Source: Octopus sinensis | Lineage: Eukaryota | Direction of reading: 5' to 3' | Assembly: GCF_006345805.1 (NCBI RefSeq) | Contig: NC_042997.1 | Coordinates: 64,232,001-64,296,000 of the forward strand | Length of the DNA: 64,000 nt | Shown: piece after piece, positions 39,301 through 53,771 of the stretch | Numbering within the stretch: position 1 is the first letter of the stretch | How the letters are laid out: every line of letters begins with the position of its first letter | Notes under the pieces: generated by a model | Seen by the model: only the letters and a program-made list of their open reading frames with translations | What the model was told of the DNA's origin: nothing | Database searches by the model: none | Program-made: the position numbers and the translations under genes

Positions 39301-39770
39301 GGTGTTTGAACGAAAATATTGGGAAACTTGGTAACGGAACTAAGGTGCGCAGAGTGAAGTCAGAGGCCACAGAATAAACTTAAACTCTCGCATGCCCAAG
39401 AATTTATTATTTCCTCGCTGACTTCCAATGTCTATAGCAATGATTGGACGATTGGATATAAAGTGTATGCAGTGTGGTCCTCTCAATATCTGGTTTCAAC
39501 TGTACAAGATATTTTTCATTGCAAAGGGGAAGACGAAATCGTTAAGAAAACGATCAACAAACGTGACGAATCGTGGATGTATGATTCTGAAATCAAGGCT
39601 TAGCAGTGAAAGAATCCCAACTAGATTTGAAGGTACTGAGGAAATCTGTGACGAGGTAGCTGCTCAGTATCCCCCAAAAATATGTCCTCCCAGGAATGCG
39701 TCCTTTAATTGGAAACAACGCTGAAAAAACGTGTAGTTGAACAAGGAGTCTACATCAACAGAGACTGAAT
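39300..39770 (+). mobile_element. Decayed mariner fragment
   Basis: TA+cggtgtttgaacgaaaa start; DESW.YDSEIK.*..W-like remnant at ~39565-39610. Confidence 0.6.
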
Positions 39771-40190
39771 GACTAATTGCTTTGAGTTTTATGTTTTTTA
39801 TAGCGCTGATATTTACTGATAATATCTTGTATATATGTAAGCAGTATTACTTTCTTGATGTTAGCAATACAAAGTTAATGTCGGTATCAGTGCTAAGCCA
39901 TATAATACATTTTACTATTCCAATGTGTATGTCATACAGAGGCTTACACGTTGGAAATCCAAATATATTTTTTCGAGCAGTGGAATATCTGCTTTTATTA
40001 GAAAATATGATACAGTCTATTAAAATTCTCCATTCTAAAATTGTTTAGAGAAAACATTCATGCACTATCACATATATGAAGATAAATGAATATGCAGATA
40101 TATAAACAGACACTACGACACTCACTTACACACACTTACACACATGTACACACATACAGATGCACGTGCATACACACACACACACACACA

Positions 40191-40248
<58 letters not shown>

Positions 40249-40602
40249 GAAGAATATATGGTAATATCTATATATTAATATGGCTACCATAGCTACTTTC
40301 TAAAGATGTAGTGTCGGTGAAAGTAAAAACGACATTCCCCTCTATGATATATAATTCCACAATCAATACCCTAATATTTGGTGATTGTTTATCCAATTCT
40401 GTATTCAAATATATCTATTCCGGTATGAAACTCCTTTACCATATTCCACATATAAATTATCTTCAGGCTAACTACACACATTTATATCTACCAGGGAGAT
40501 TAACTACTTTGCTCTGTAGGCCTCCTGCCATTGTAAACATATTGGTGAACCACGATAAACGTCATTCGGAAATGAAGAAATTTTCAGCTTACAGTAAAGA
40601 AA

Positions 40603-40650
40603 TATGAGGTCAAGTATAAGGTCAAGTATGAGGTCATGTATGAGGTCAAG
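40603..40650 (+). repeat. 12-bp minisatellite x4 (tatgaggtcaag)
   Basis: AGGTCA at 40607, 40619, 40631 and 40643. Confidence 0.95.
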
Positions 40651-40892
40651 AAGTAATTATTAAATGACTCAAGTTATAAAACATTCAAGCATTTCAGATA
40701 CATTCTTCCTCTTCTACATTGTCTTTCATATCGCGTTCACTAAGTCGTATTTCCGAGGTTAGAGCCCACAATGTCTCACAATATATTAACACTGTACGTT
40801 AGAGAGCTATGAGGTTTAAACTAAGGAGATGAATTTAATATTTTGAACAGATATACACAGATTACCTTTATCTCAGTGTTAGAGTGCATTTG

Positions 40893-41020
40893 TGAAGGCC
40901 CGTGGTTCAGTTGTTATATAATTGCGTTCACTACCGCAAGACCTCGCTTTCGAATCTCGAAGCAAGCAGTGCATTGTGTTCTTGAACTAAAACGTTTCAT
41001 TTAACATTGGTCTGGTCCAC
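40893..41020 (+). mobile_element. Old tRNA-derived SINE head
   Basis: ggcccgtggttcagttgtt (A-box-like), tttcgaatctc (B-box-like), then tgtgttcttgaactaaaacg. Confidence 0.5.
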
Positions 41021-41250
41021 CAACCTGGAAATAAATTGTATCGCGAATGATTGGTGTCTCTTTCAGAGAGGGGTTTGTGACTTCGGTTACATATACGCTG
41101 CAATAACCAGGAAACCCGCCATTTTAGTCCTTGAATTCAGGACGATAATTTGTTTTAGTTCACAGAGTATTGCACAAATCCGTCTTAAACAGTTGCATGT
41201 TGTTGGAACATAAGAGATCAGTCACAAATAACGTCCCCGAAATTAATGCA

Positions 41251-41262
41251 AACTACTACTAG

Positions 41263-41316
<54 letters not shown>

Positions 41317-41362
41317 CACCACCACCACCACCACCACCACCACCACCACCACCACCACCACC

Positions 41363-41449
<87 letters not shown>
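41251..41449. repeat. (ACT)n(ACC)n(ACT)n microsatellite
   Basis: Direct reading. Confidence 0.98.
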
Positions 41450-41450
<1 letters not shown>

Positions 41451-43179
41451 TTTCTGTAGATTTGAACTACATGAATTTACTGACCTTTCTAGAGGTAAAT
41501 ATTTTTCTGTGAACTAATGCACTCCCTTATTGCGCTAGAGAGAGAGAGAGGCTAACTATATCCCTAATTTCATAATCTATTACTCAATAAAGAAGAAACG
41601 GCATCTTTGGATATCATTTCTATATGTTCAAAAACAGATGATGCCCGTGGTTGCAAAGCATTATAAGATATCAAAAGTAATGGGAACGTAGAAAAGCGAA
41701 CTGTGTGATTTGATACCATAACTTTAGACAATATACTTGGGAGAAATACGGTTCACAGGGTACCGACATTAGTTAATATTCTTATTTTTCACCTACCCGA
41801 CCTTTTATAATTCCATAAATTATAAGAAGATCCATCCAAAAATGCATTTATTTTCTTTCATTTCAAAATTTAAAATGTATTATATGGTTATTTCTTTCAA
41901 ATTACCAAAATTTATCATTGATGAATATTCTATTGGATGTAGAAAAATGGCACACAGTGTTTGATCCGTCGAAAAGAAAACTGTTTAACATAAAATAGAT
42001 CCAACATAGCAGTAAAACCGATGCATATGCCCGTAGCTAATATCATCACATTCAGTCAATATCATTGAATTTCTAAACTGCTCATTCTGTTTCATGTACT
42101 ACCTTAGCTAGCATGATATATCACATCAAACTGAGTATATTGTTGGGTTTTAGACTACAGTGTTAAGTATTGTACTGGTACGAAAGAAAGATTGCAGTGA
42201 TACATACATATTTCAGTACGCATATACATATACACTGATATGTATTGTATGTGTATATGAGTGTGTGCATGTGTGTATGGCTTTCTTCTACATACACGTA
42301 AAAATGGTTATTGATATTCACATACTCACACACACACTCACATTGTGCACAAATACACATATAAACACCCGCAGGCACACAAGCAAGCACAAAGATATAT
42401 AAACATGCATATTTGTGTATATATGTGAAACTATCTCTTGAGCACTACAATGAGGGTATTTGGGCAAGTACGTATGTATATAACTTTAAATTTATCTGTA
42501 GGTCCTCTTGCGCATTAGGTAGTCAGCTACCCACACCGGTCTCGCCCGGCTGGGAACTTGCATAGCCATTCCATGAAATAATGATTATATTCAGATCATT
42601 TTGTTATGTCTGCTGTCAAAGGATTTTTGACCCGCCATTTAACACGTCTGTTGTCAGGCGGTACCCACATCATGCGTATTTTCGAGTGCTTTTGATCGCA
42701 ATTAGAGCTCTAATACAATCGTTTGTAGTGAACGTGACTACGGAGTTCTCAAAATTTAGCTATTTGTGACTATGTCCCGCCAGTTCCCATACACAATCTT
42801 TCTGAAACACCTTTTATTTTTCTATCATGTATTACATTATTCCACCAAGTCTCTCTGCCATACATTGCATTAGGTAGAACGATTGAGTTATATAGACAAC
42901 ATTAGTGCTAATGTTGCGTTTAAAATCCTTCATTCTGTATCAAGTTCCATATTACAAATGCTGCTAACAACACTGCGCAATCATGTTAACTTCGATTACA
43001 ATTTAATGGTCCATGGTTTTGTCCATCTTCATCACTTTTATCTTCGTCATTGTTATTCTTCGCGTTTTGTTGCACTAACTTCGTGAAATCTTACACACTT
43101 CCACTATTCGACTACGATGTTATTAGCAAAGTCGAGATCTCTCAACTTTGCCGTCCTCTAAGCGGGATTCCAAAATTAG

Positions 43180-44035
43180 GTCGACCCACTGTTTTCTCAG
43201 ATCAAAGTTGGTAAGCAGCAGAAACACTAAAGAATTTAGTCGTGTCACAATCCGGAGATAATGCTAAGGCACGCAGTCAATTCAGATTCAGTTGTCTGGT
43301 CTTACACAACATTTTGATTTTCTGCTCAAGCTTTTGAAGATGTTAACAAAGTACAGTGGAATGGCATATGACATGGCAATGTTCCAGAATGATTCCCTAT
43401 GTACACTGTCAGAGGCCTACTCGAAATTGATGAGGTTGACCATTAATGGCTTCTGTATCTCCTGTCTCTGTTCAATAATATTTCATAGAGCGATGGCCTG
43501 TTTGTTCGTGACAATTTTCTTCGGAAGCCAGCCTGTTCTTTGCACAAAAAGGGATCCATCACTTGTCACTGCTTTCTCAGTAACCAGGTATCAAGCATCT
43601 CGCCTGCGACAGACAAATGTGTGATATCTCTGGAATTGTTACAGTCAGTTCGTTCCTCTTCTCAATCTCCCGTTACTGCCAATCTTGAGAGGCCTACTCT
43701 TAATGCCAGTAGTGACCCATCAGTTTTCTCAAGCGGCAGCCATACTTCCCCCACCATACGTCATGAAGTTTTCGGGGTCTCATTTAGGTCTGAGGCCCTA
43801 GCGTCATTCATGACCCTGACAACTTCTCTCGTTTCCTCCTCAATTTGACCGTCATGAAGTTCGAGTGTAGTCGCTGATTCCGAGGTGAAACCAGACATAG
43901 TATTTAAAACAGGCTGGTTGAGTGTTTCCTGAAAGTGTTCCATCATAGGGTCTTTATCGTTGATGGCCACCAATGTCATAATATTCTTATATTTTATAGG
44001 AACAATTGCATTATTCATTGCTCCCATTAGATCCC
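43180..44035 (-). mobile_element. Decayed RTE-clade RT fragment
   Basis: MEHFQETLN; CNNSRDITHLSVAGEML; KEQAGFR; DFE*ASDSVHRESFWNI. Confidence 0.75.
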
Positions 44036-44121
44036 GTAGAATGCCGTACAGAATTTTCGCAACATGTCCTTTGGCAGCTTCTATGGCTATTGTCTAATTC
44101 ACACACGCGCGCGCGTGCATA

Positions 44122-44171
<50 letters not shown>

Positions 44172-44188
44172 TATATATATATATATCA

Positions 44189-44309
<121 letters not shown>

Positions 44310-45339
44310 TATACACGCACACACACACATATATATATATATACATACTATACACACACACATATATATATATATACTATACACACATACACACACACAC
44401 ACACACACACCACACATATATATATATATATATATATACACATACTACTACCTGCTTAAGTAGATACTGATACGACGTAGAGGTGTGTTCGCGCGAAAAT
44501 CATTTAGAGGAATAAAAGTTTGCTCTTATCAGAAACTAACCATCCATTTCCTATGATACATTTCATTGAAAGTTGGTATGTTTTATAGTTGATTTAATGT
44601 CATTCACTGCAGCATTTATATTTCTCTAGATACAATCCGTTCATACAATTAGCTTATATATTGAAAGATTTTCTGAAGTATAAGAATGAATAAGTGATCT
44701 GTGATGAAAATGGTCTACCCTACTTATACATCTGAGCTCTTAAGAATTGATTATGATTATGAGGGTTACAATAAATCACCACATTCTGTTTAACAATATC
44801 ACGGAAGATATTCAAGCGAAGATGCTGAAATTTGCTTCAGTTTGATCAGTATTGTATACATCTAAAAAGCATGAAATAGCTAGAAATATCTCGATGATTC
44901 ATTCCACGTGACTACATATACAAACCAAGAGAAAAATAAACTGTTTATATTTAATATTCCTCAGTAGCTCGTAAAATAATGGCTTCTCTCAGGGTCTTTG
45001 ACGGATGGAACTATTGTAAAAATCAATTTAAGGTGAAGATAGCTAATGAAAAGAAACGACTACAAAGTAACAATATTTATTTCATGTAGAGTAACAGCAG
45101 AATTTCTTACCACTTCCCAGTGAAAGACAGCAGAGTGCTTACAAAATACTATTTTTTCTTTCAGTCTGTTTTCCTGAATCTTAAGTGCTCATTCGAGTGC
45201 AAATAACAGACACGCAAATTACAATTGTGCACTGAATACTAGCATAGGCAGATACAGGTACACAAGCAGGCATACCCACATACTTAAGTTTCAGAACGAA
45301 ACGCATACGTTTTGCTATAAATACGCATACTTACATACG

Positions 45340-45380
<41 letters not shown>

Positions 45381-45870
45381 TATATATACACTCACACGCA
45401 TATATGTATATAATTATAAACACACACAAACAAACACAAACACACACACACGCACATATATATATATGCATGTGTACACATATATCTATTTATTCGTCCA
45501 TACATATAAATATATAAATCAATGCATTTGTTTGTACAAAAATATCTTCGTTAAATAATGCCGCTTAGCAGAAACGTGCCCCACGAGAGCTTGCACACAC
45601 AAATATTAAATAAGAGAAGGAAATAAAGACTGAAAATTCACATCCAAAGTAAAATCGATGTGCTGCTGCTAAATAAGCTATTATGTTCATCTTAAAGCTC
45701 TTTGGTACGTTCTGCTTTTGTGTCACATACATCAACAGTTCGAAATATGTGTGTGTAGGTAGGCTGAGAGCAACGAATTTCGAGTTTACAAAATGCATTT
45801 ATCTAGCCAAAATAAGTAAGGTATATATAACCACACACGCGCATAAACACATACTTACATACGGAAGTAC

Positions 45871-45920
<50 letters not shown>

Positions 45921-46067
45921 CAATTAAGGGCAACTACTTAATAAGGAAAACTTAACAAGAAATTGGCAGGTAGATAGCGTGAAAACCTCATAAGAGAAAA
46001 AATTTCGAAAATAATTATTTCTTATTGAACATATTAATTTAATTTATATATTATATATAATGCCCTC

Positions 46068-46124
<57 letters not shown>

Positions 46125-46404
46125 CTAGTATTTAACCAAAATAATCGCGTTTAATATTGGTTTCTAATGCATAAGTACAGATGAGTGTAATTAATCCGAA
46201 AACGGTTCTCAATCTGAAAAAGAACTTAAAATGAGTCTATATGCGATGTGATCATAAACTGAATATATACCAGTGCCAGCGTTTGATTATTTCATGACTA
46301 GGTTGTCTTCCATACCAATGAATATATTTACATCTGTAAATACACTTAAGTTGCCACATACACACAGGAATACTCCTTCGCACATACATACATATAAAAA
46401 TACA

Positions 46405-46433
<29 letters not shown>

Positions 46434-46435
<2 letters not shown>

Positions 46436-46562
46436 TAAGAAAGTTTGTTTGGTAAAGCACGTGGGTGAATATACAAGAAAATAGTAAAGTGTGAAAAAAC
46501 GACAGAAGGCTTAAATGTTAAAAAATATATATATTTGTGTCAAAATGTCTGGAGAATATTGG

Positions 46563-46594
<32 letters not shown>

Positions 46595-47060
46595 CCTTTC
46601 CTTAAAATGACATAATTTAAAAAATTTTTAAGAAATTACCGGTTTCGCGTGTAGCTTTTCAAATTTCTTGTGACGTTATGTTATTATTGCATGGAATTAT
46701 CGTTGTTTTTATTTCCAGGAGATTCTAAATAGGGGAGGTAGTGAGTGATTTTTTCCGGTGTAGGGGAGATAATCGCTTAAAAATTTTTTTTTGCTCCCTT
46801 TTCCTTGTTAATTTCTCTGTGTCAGTTATGTTCGGATGGTTGAGTCTGGGTTTGTACTTTTCAATGAAGAATGTTTCCTTGTTCAGTCTCATTTGCGTTG
46901 ATGATCCGAAAGCCATTGGTAAAATGGGAAGATTAAAAATTGTGGCAGTAGTTGCTTTGCGCTTCTCAATGTGCTCACTAAAAGGTATATTCTATTCTGG
47001 GAATGCAATCTGTTGTCGATGCAGTGTGCATTGCGCCTGAGTGATAGTCCCGTGGAACCC
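46434..47060 (-). mobile_element. Penelope-like 3' end: GIY-YIG C-terminus, 3'UTR/pLTR with hammerhead, ending in (TA)n
   Basis: LHRQQIAFPEY, FSEHIEK, QMRLNKETFFIEKYKPRLN; pLTR matches 39048-39269. Confidence 0.85.
46630..46669 (-). ncRNA. Minimal type I hammerhead, identical to 39056-39095
   Basis: Plus strand aagaaattaccggtttcgcgtgtagcttttcaaatttctt is the exact reverse complement. Confidence 0.8.
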
Positions 47061-47208
47061 ACGTAGTCTTGGTGGCAGCCCGAGCATTTAATAACATAAT
47101 TATGTTTTCAGAGGCACAAGTAAAGTTAGATTTGATCAAATGTCTGTCCTCTTTAAAGAAGAATTCTTTATATATATATAATATATATAATATATATATA
47201 TATATGTA

Positions 47209-47246
<38 letters not shown>

Positions 47247-47280
47247 GATAGATAGATACATAATACATACATATAATATA

Positions 47281-47327
<47 letters not shown>

Positions 47328-47439
47328 ATGTCTATATCTATCTATCTATCTATCTATCTATTTATCTATCTCTCTATATATATACGTCGTCTATCTTTCA
47401 CCTTCTACTTGTTTCAGTCATTTGACTGCGACCTGAATT

Positions 47440-47960
47440 ATTCGCGAAGATCTGGTCATGCGTAAGATTTGAACAAAAGTTGTTTCCTGGGTGATCAGTG
47501 ATGAACAGAAGAAAAGACACTTTGGTAACCGCAGGAACATGGTCGAACGCGTTATCTCTAGTCCCAGAGTACCTGAGTGTATGGTGACCCCAAAACGTAA
47601 ACATCGCGTTCTCAATATAAGCATGCTCCCTCTCCCAGACCGAAGAAGGACAGCCAAATTAAGTCCACCGGGAAGCCCATGATGATCCTCTTCTTCCACA
47701 GCAAAAACATGATCTCAATCCACTGGATTCACTCTGGCTTGATGCCCAACAAGAAGTACTTTATAACGGTAGTGACGGTGTTCGAGAAGCAATATCGTCG
47801 CAAAAGATCAGAGCTCTTCGACTCGGGTCGGTGTTACCTACAGCAGGACAATGCAGCAATCCACAAATCCAATCTAGCGGCTACCTGCTTGAACATTAAA
47901 CGTTTCCCTCACTCTCCCTACAGACCACGCCTTATTCTATGTGACCTGTTAAATTTCCGT
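47440..47960 (+). mobile_element. Decayed mariner catalytic-domain fragment
   Basis: GKPMMILFF..YLQQDNAAIH..FPHSPYRPRLILCD. Confidence 0.8.
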
Positions 47961-47989
47961 AGCCATTCCGCTTGTTTGTTTTCAATATC

Positions 47990-48790
47990 TCACAGCAAAT
48001 TACTTCCTGCTTCAGCATTTGTCATATTTATTTCTATCGTGTTCATTCACATAGCTCGGCGGTTTGTAAATTCTTTTTCATTGTTTCTGAAGAGCCTGTT
48101 ATGTTATTATTGGTTTATTATTCGTTGGTATCCAGAAGTTTCCTCAATTAATTTAGCTGCTTGTGGTCCTTTGTGTCTAATATTGCACTAGCTGTTGAGC
48201 TCGTTTCTGCATCTTTCTATTACTGCCTAACATCTTTTCAATTTTTGCATTCATCCTACAAAAGTCTCTGTAAAGCGACTCTACCTGATCTACTTGATCT
48301 TCAAATATCCGTTCTATGACTTTTAATACCAAGAATTTCTACAACAGATGCTCCTCATTAAATGTGGTCATTTAGGCGTGTTATATTTCCAACATGGATG
48401 TTATTAATAATTCATGCATCTCCCTTACTATTCTATACTTTTACTCTTTTACTTGTTCCAGTCATCAGACTGTAGCCGGTAATCTCTTTCTTTCACTTGT
48501 CCGCGTCTCTTAGCCAAAGTAATAAACATATTTCCTCCTTTGTATCATCATTTTCTCCGATGATGTAAAATTTCTTTTCATTCTGGTTATTATTCCTCTC
48601 CTTGTGATTTATTGCACTCTTTGTTATTTCTTGTTGAATTCTCTCATCTTCATCGTCGGATTTACGTTATTCATCTTTTACTGTTCCCGTCATCGCTTTC
48701 AACTGCAAATGGGTTAGCCTCGAACTTTCCATGATTAATTTTTTCTGGTCTAGGAGTCATTATTCTGTGACAGAGAACATGTCTTTCACT
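47990..48790 (-). mobile_element. Highly decayed R4/Dong N-terminal fragment interrupted by a SINE tail (~48445-48480)
   Basis: Remnants such as NRLFRNNEKEF and GASVVEILGIK; resembles 13000-13650. Confidence 0.55.
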
Positions 48791-48794
48791 ATCA

Positions 48795-48930
48795 ATATAT
48801 TATGCAGTCTATGCTGCCCTTGAAACTGATATATTATGCAAGATTTTCTTGCTGCCCTTGTACTGATATATTATGCAATATTTTCTATGCTGCCTTTGAA
48901 ACTGATATATTATGCAAGATTTTCTTGTAT
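48795..48930. repeat. ~37-bp minisatellite, ~3.5 copies
   Basis: Repeated atatattatgca..gctgcccttg..actg. Confidence 0.85.
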
Positions 48931-50803
48931 TTTTTCAACACGCATATTACAATCAATTACCATAATGTTATCGTTTTAACATTATTATTATTATTATATT
49001 ATTATTATTATTATTATTATTATATTATTATTATTACCATCATCATTACGATCCTTTTGCGATGTTGTCATGATGCACAAAAATAAGCAGACATACACTA
49101 AGACTAACAAATGCATTCACATACACTCATATAAAGAGAAGTATTGCTGAGTGGTTTAAAGGCTTGCTCGCAACCAGATGGTTTTGGCTTCATTCATACG
49201 GCGCATCATGTTCGTCAAGTGTTATCTTGTATAATACTGGGCTGACAAATACCTTAAACATGTTTTAGTAGCAGGAGACTGTGTTGATGTCCGAGGTATG
49301 TATATATTTAAATACGTGAGAATGTGTTTGTGTGTGTGTTTGTGTTTGGATGTATGCATGTGTGCATGCATCCATGTACATATGTACCTGCGTATGTATG
49401 TATACGTATGTATAAATGTATCATTTTATGTTTGTGTATACTTCTTGAAGCAAATGCAAGCTCAATACCTTTTATGAGGAAGGGCTAGAAATCCATGCTT
49501 CCATTACGTGTGGTACGTACTCAGTTGTATGTTTTGTTTCGCGGTCTATAACCTTAATATAGATCAGTTTTGTTCCTATCTTTTCAGTTTCCAATACTGA
49601 TATTTGAAATGAAATTATATTTGGCTCAAAGTCAACAGTCAGAAATATATATACTGCTTTTAGAAACAAGACTGGAAATGAGTAAAATATTTCCAATTCT
49701 CTATATTAGAATTAATCTCTCGCAGTAACATATTGTAATCACGCAATATAAGCTTGGTATATGTTACATGTAGGTCAATCTATAGTTATATCTTCGTAGT
49801 AAAGGATTCTGCTCCACAGAAAGGAACGACCAATGTATATTTAAGAAGGCTAGCTTTTTGCAGTTTGAACATTTGCAAAATTGTCTCTTTCTTTTCAAAA
49901 TATCTTTCTGGCATATCACGAGATATACTTGAAATCACTAATCTGCACATGCACATCTTCATTGAATCTTCATCTACCAAATATTATATCTGTCTGTCTG
50001 TTTGCCTGTCTGTCTGTCTATATGTATGTACATGTAAAGTGATTAGGTCAAAACAAATAAAACTTGTATAAATAATAAAGGGTAGTACTGAAATGGATGG
50101 GAACTTAAATTCCATTGTCTCCATTCAGGATCGTGCTTTGCATAGAGTTGTAGGTAATAGAACAAAGATATTCGAGCTGTTATAGTCGTAGTAAATTAGA
50201 GGAACACATTTAGGCTTGAGTGGTATATTACATAGCGAACGAAATACAGATTACGAAATAACGTATAAGAAAGTATAGCATATGAGAAGAAATGTACGTT
50301 TTGTCTCGACAGCTGTTTGAAACGACAAAGCCTTGCGTAATTAAACAAAATGCATTCACAGCTCTACTCTTGAAAAGGGTTTCCTAACATAATTTAACAA
50401 TTTCATTGGTGCTTGTCGCTGGACGCACATCAGTGACGCACATTGTATTTATGAATAGAGTTATTACATAAGTTATGGCCATTTTAAAAACAACTATCAA
50501 GGTAAGACACCATGTAATCATTCACTTCTCGTTCCGTCTCGTATTTCTTCATTTTGTCATCAGTAGTTTATGCTAAATATATGTCTGAAGCTTAATATGT
50601 TTATCTACATTGCTCCTCTATAACCATATATGCTTGAGTCTGTGTGTGTACGTGTGTTTCTTTTACATGCATATCAATACACATATTCATTTATACACAC
50701 ACACACATAAACACATATATAAACATAATCATACATACATAATCATACATACATAATTAAATATATATATATATATATTATATATATATATATATAATAT
50801 ATA

Positions 50804-50843
<40 letters not shown>

Positions 50844-50887
50844 ATCTATATGCAGGTATATAGATATACATACACACTCATATATAT

Positions 50888-51060
50888 CTTCTTTTATTTG
50901 TTTCAGTCATTCGACGGCAGCCATGAAAACATTGTCCTCAGGACTTATTCTTTGTAAACTTGGTATTTATTCTATCAGTCTATTTTAGCGATCCCCTGAG
51001 TTGCTAGGTCACAATCACACCAACATCGGTCGTGAAGCGATAAAAGGGGCAAACACAGAC
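50888..51060 (-). mobile_element. SINE 3' portion (tail cagtc.aatgactgaaacaa)
   Basis: ttgtttcagtcattcgac recurs at ~47408 and ~48452. Confidence 0.6.
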
Positions 51061-52490
51061 ATTCATGCATAAAAACTCACACACACACATATGAGAGGGT
51101 GATAGAAACTACTATTTCCTTGCATGTTGAAAAATAGATGCTTTAATGAAACACTTATAATTCACATTAATACGACAAAGGTTGTCAGCAGGCGAGACGA
51201 ACAGAATAGATTTTTACGACGGGCTACTTTTAGTTTTCGTCTACTTCACAAGGCTTTGGTGGCCCGAAGGCTATAGTGGTTGTGAGGGAAGCTTCCTACC
51301 ACACAGCTATTATCTAGTAATGTGTATTTGTATATTACTGACACCATTTCTGGAAATCGGCATACAATGTACAAAATAAATACTTTATGCTTTAAAATCT
51401 TTTGGGAATGATATAGCTGTAGACCTTTAACGTATAAACTACATTCATTTCCTGACATAACTGCATTATTTCCCACAAATCATTAGTTTTTACTTGTGGA
51501 TAACGTCATGTTATTTCTTGGTGGACTCTTCGGTTTTCTGGCTTATGAAGGAATGCATTTGTTCTTCATTTCCCACATCATGTAATGAGCAGTCTTCTTT
51601 GTACGGCACACATATATTCAAAATATTACAACATTCCGATACAGTATGATGAGCAAATACATATTTCATTGCATACCTTCGCCAGTTCCATTGGCAAATT
51701 CTCCATCAGTTCATTTTCTGACAGAACATGGCTGATGTGTTCAGAAAGATACAACAGCATATACAATTTTTTTCGGAATATTCCAGTAAATGTTTCAGAA
51801 AAATCTACATGCTCTCCAGTTCATGTTCCATTTTAATTAGCTATTTAATGAGATTTACATTTATAAAATGCTGATAATCACATTCTCCGAAAGTTTTCTA
51901 ACTGGAAGATTGGATATTTAATAAGTCTATTTAAAAATTAATTTAATTAATATTGTGAATGAGAGTGCTGAATAGGAAAATCTGTAGAACAATGAATGAG
52001 AATTATTGCAAAGGTTAAAGTAGGACAGTTCGTAGTTTTAGGGATATTTAGTTTTTCAAGGAATTGATTGGAGAAAAACTAACAAAAGAATAAGAATGGT
52101 TTTGGGGTGAAATATATAAATAATATACAATTTTTGAGAAGACGAGGCATTAGCAAAGTTCGTAATTCAAATATTATATCCTGCATACAATCCTGTATAA
52201 TTAAATCACCTTATATCAGTAATATGTACTTATACCTTATATTAGTAATTTATATTAATAATATGCACTAACATATGTATCCTTATCAATACACTCTTTT
52301 GGTTCAAGTATTTAATCTTCAAAATAACTCGCACGTAATTTTCGGTAATTATTATAACAGTTCTAAATTTATTTAGAAAATTAATAATTTGTATTTTTAT
52401 GGTACTCGTCACTGGTATATTGTTCGGTAAGTAAAATTATAGGTAACCTACGATTACTAATTGTTTGAGGAGGAATAATATGAATACTTA

Positions 52491-53771
52491 CAAGCGACGT
52501 TCAATAAGTAATGCCCCTGACCCACTTGCAATTGTTTGATCTAGCTGAAATGTTGCATGTGCAATTACTTATATATCTATAGATTAAGTGGCAAATTACA
52601 GCTCTGAACTAATTGTGGTTTTTGATTTACAGGTGTTTGAACTGAGTCAGGTGTGAAATGGAGCCTGTTGAGTATCGAGCAGTGATCCGGTTTTTGTATT
52701 TGAAAGGACGCACACCACGGGAGACTTTTGATGAAATGAAAGTAACTTATGGTGATGATGCCCCATCATATGACCTTGTAATACGCTGGCATCGTGAATT
52801 CAAACATGGTCGGAACTCTGTGGAAACAGCTCCCAGATCTGGTCGCCCCCTTCTGCCATTGATGAGGCAGCTGTTCGTGAATTTGAGGATGCCATTTTGG
52901 AAGATCGACGCATAACTATTCGCCAAATAACCCATGAGGTCAAGATTAGTAACAGGTCTGTGGAAACTATCATTCATGACCATTTGCATATGCAAAAGGT
53001 GTCTGCCAGATGGATTCCCAGGTTGTTCACACCTTTCCAGAAGCAAGAACGCGTCGAGTGCTCGAGGAGGAATTTGGAGATGTGCCAAGAAGATGAGTCA
53101 ACATTTTTCAAAAGACTGATTACAAAGGATGAAACCTGGGTCCATCACTATGATCCAGAGACCAAAGCCCAGTCAATGCAGTGGAAGCACCGTGTCTCAC
53201 CTCCTCCAAAGAAGGTAAGGATGCAGCCCTCCGCTGGCAAGGTACAGTCTTCTGGGACCAGGACGAAGTGATGACAGATTTCCTGGCAAAGGGTACCACA
53301 ATTACAGGAGTCTATTATGCTTCACTTTTGAGGAAATTAAGAGAAGCTATCAGAATCAGGAGGCGGGGCAAGATCAGCAAAGGCATCCTCCTCCTGCAGG
53401 ACAACGCTCCGGTCCACAATTCGCGTGTCACCAGATCAGGAGCACAGGCGTGCGGCTATGAACACCTCCCCCATCCCCCTACTCTCCCGGCCATGCACCT
53501 CTGATTTTCACCTCTTCCCAGTCATGAAGTTGTTTTTTGAAAGGAAAGCGTTTCCCAGATGATGCAGCCTTGATTTCTGAAGTCACGTCGTGGTTGGAGG
53601 ACCAAGCTGGGGTCTTCTGCAAAAACGGTCTCCAAAGCTGCATTAAACAATGGGAGAAATGCGTAACTCTGGGTGCTTCCTATGTAGAGAAAGGCTAATA
53701 ACTGTGCCAAGTTTCGTTGCTCTACTGCTATGGGAAGTGGGTCAGAGGCATTACTTATTGAACGCCCCTCG
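52491..53771 (+). mobile_element. Full-length (1281 bp) mariner transposon, irritans-like TIRs, TA TSD, frameshifted transposase
   Basis: TA|caagcgacgttcaataagtaatgcccctgacccac ... gtgggtcagaggcattacttattgaacgcccctcg|TA; MEPVEYRAVIRFL, PRSGRP, WIPR, DETWVHHYDPETK, QDNAPVH, SDFHLFP. Confidence 0.95.
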
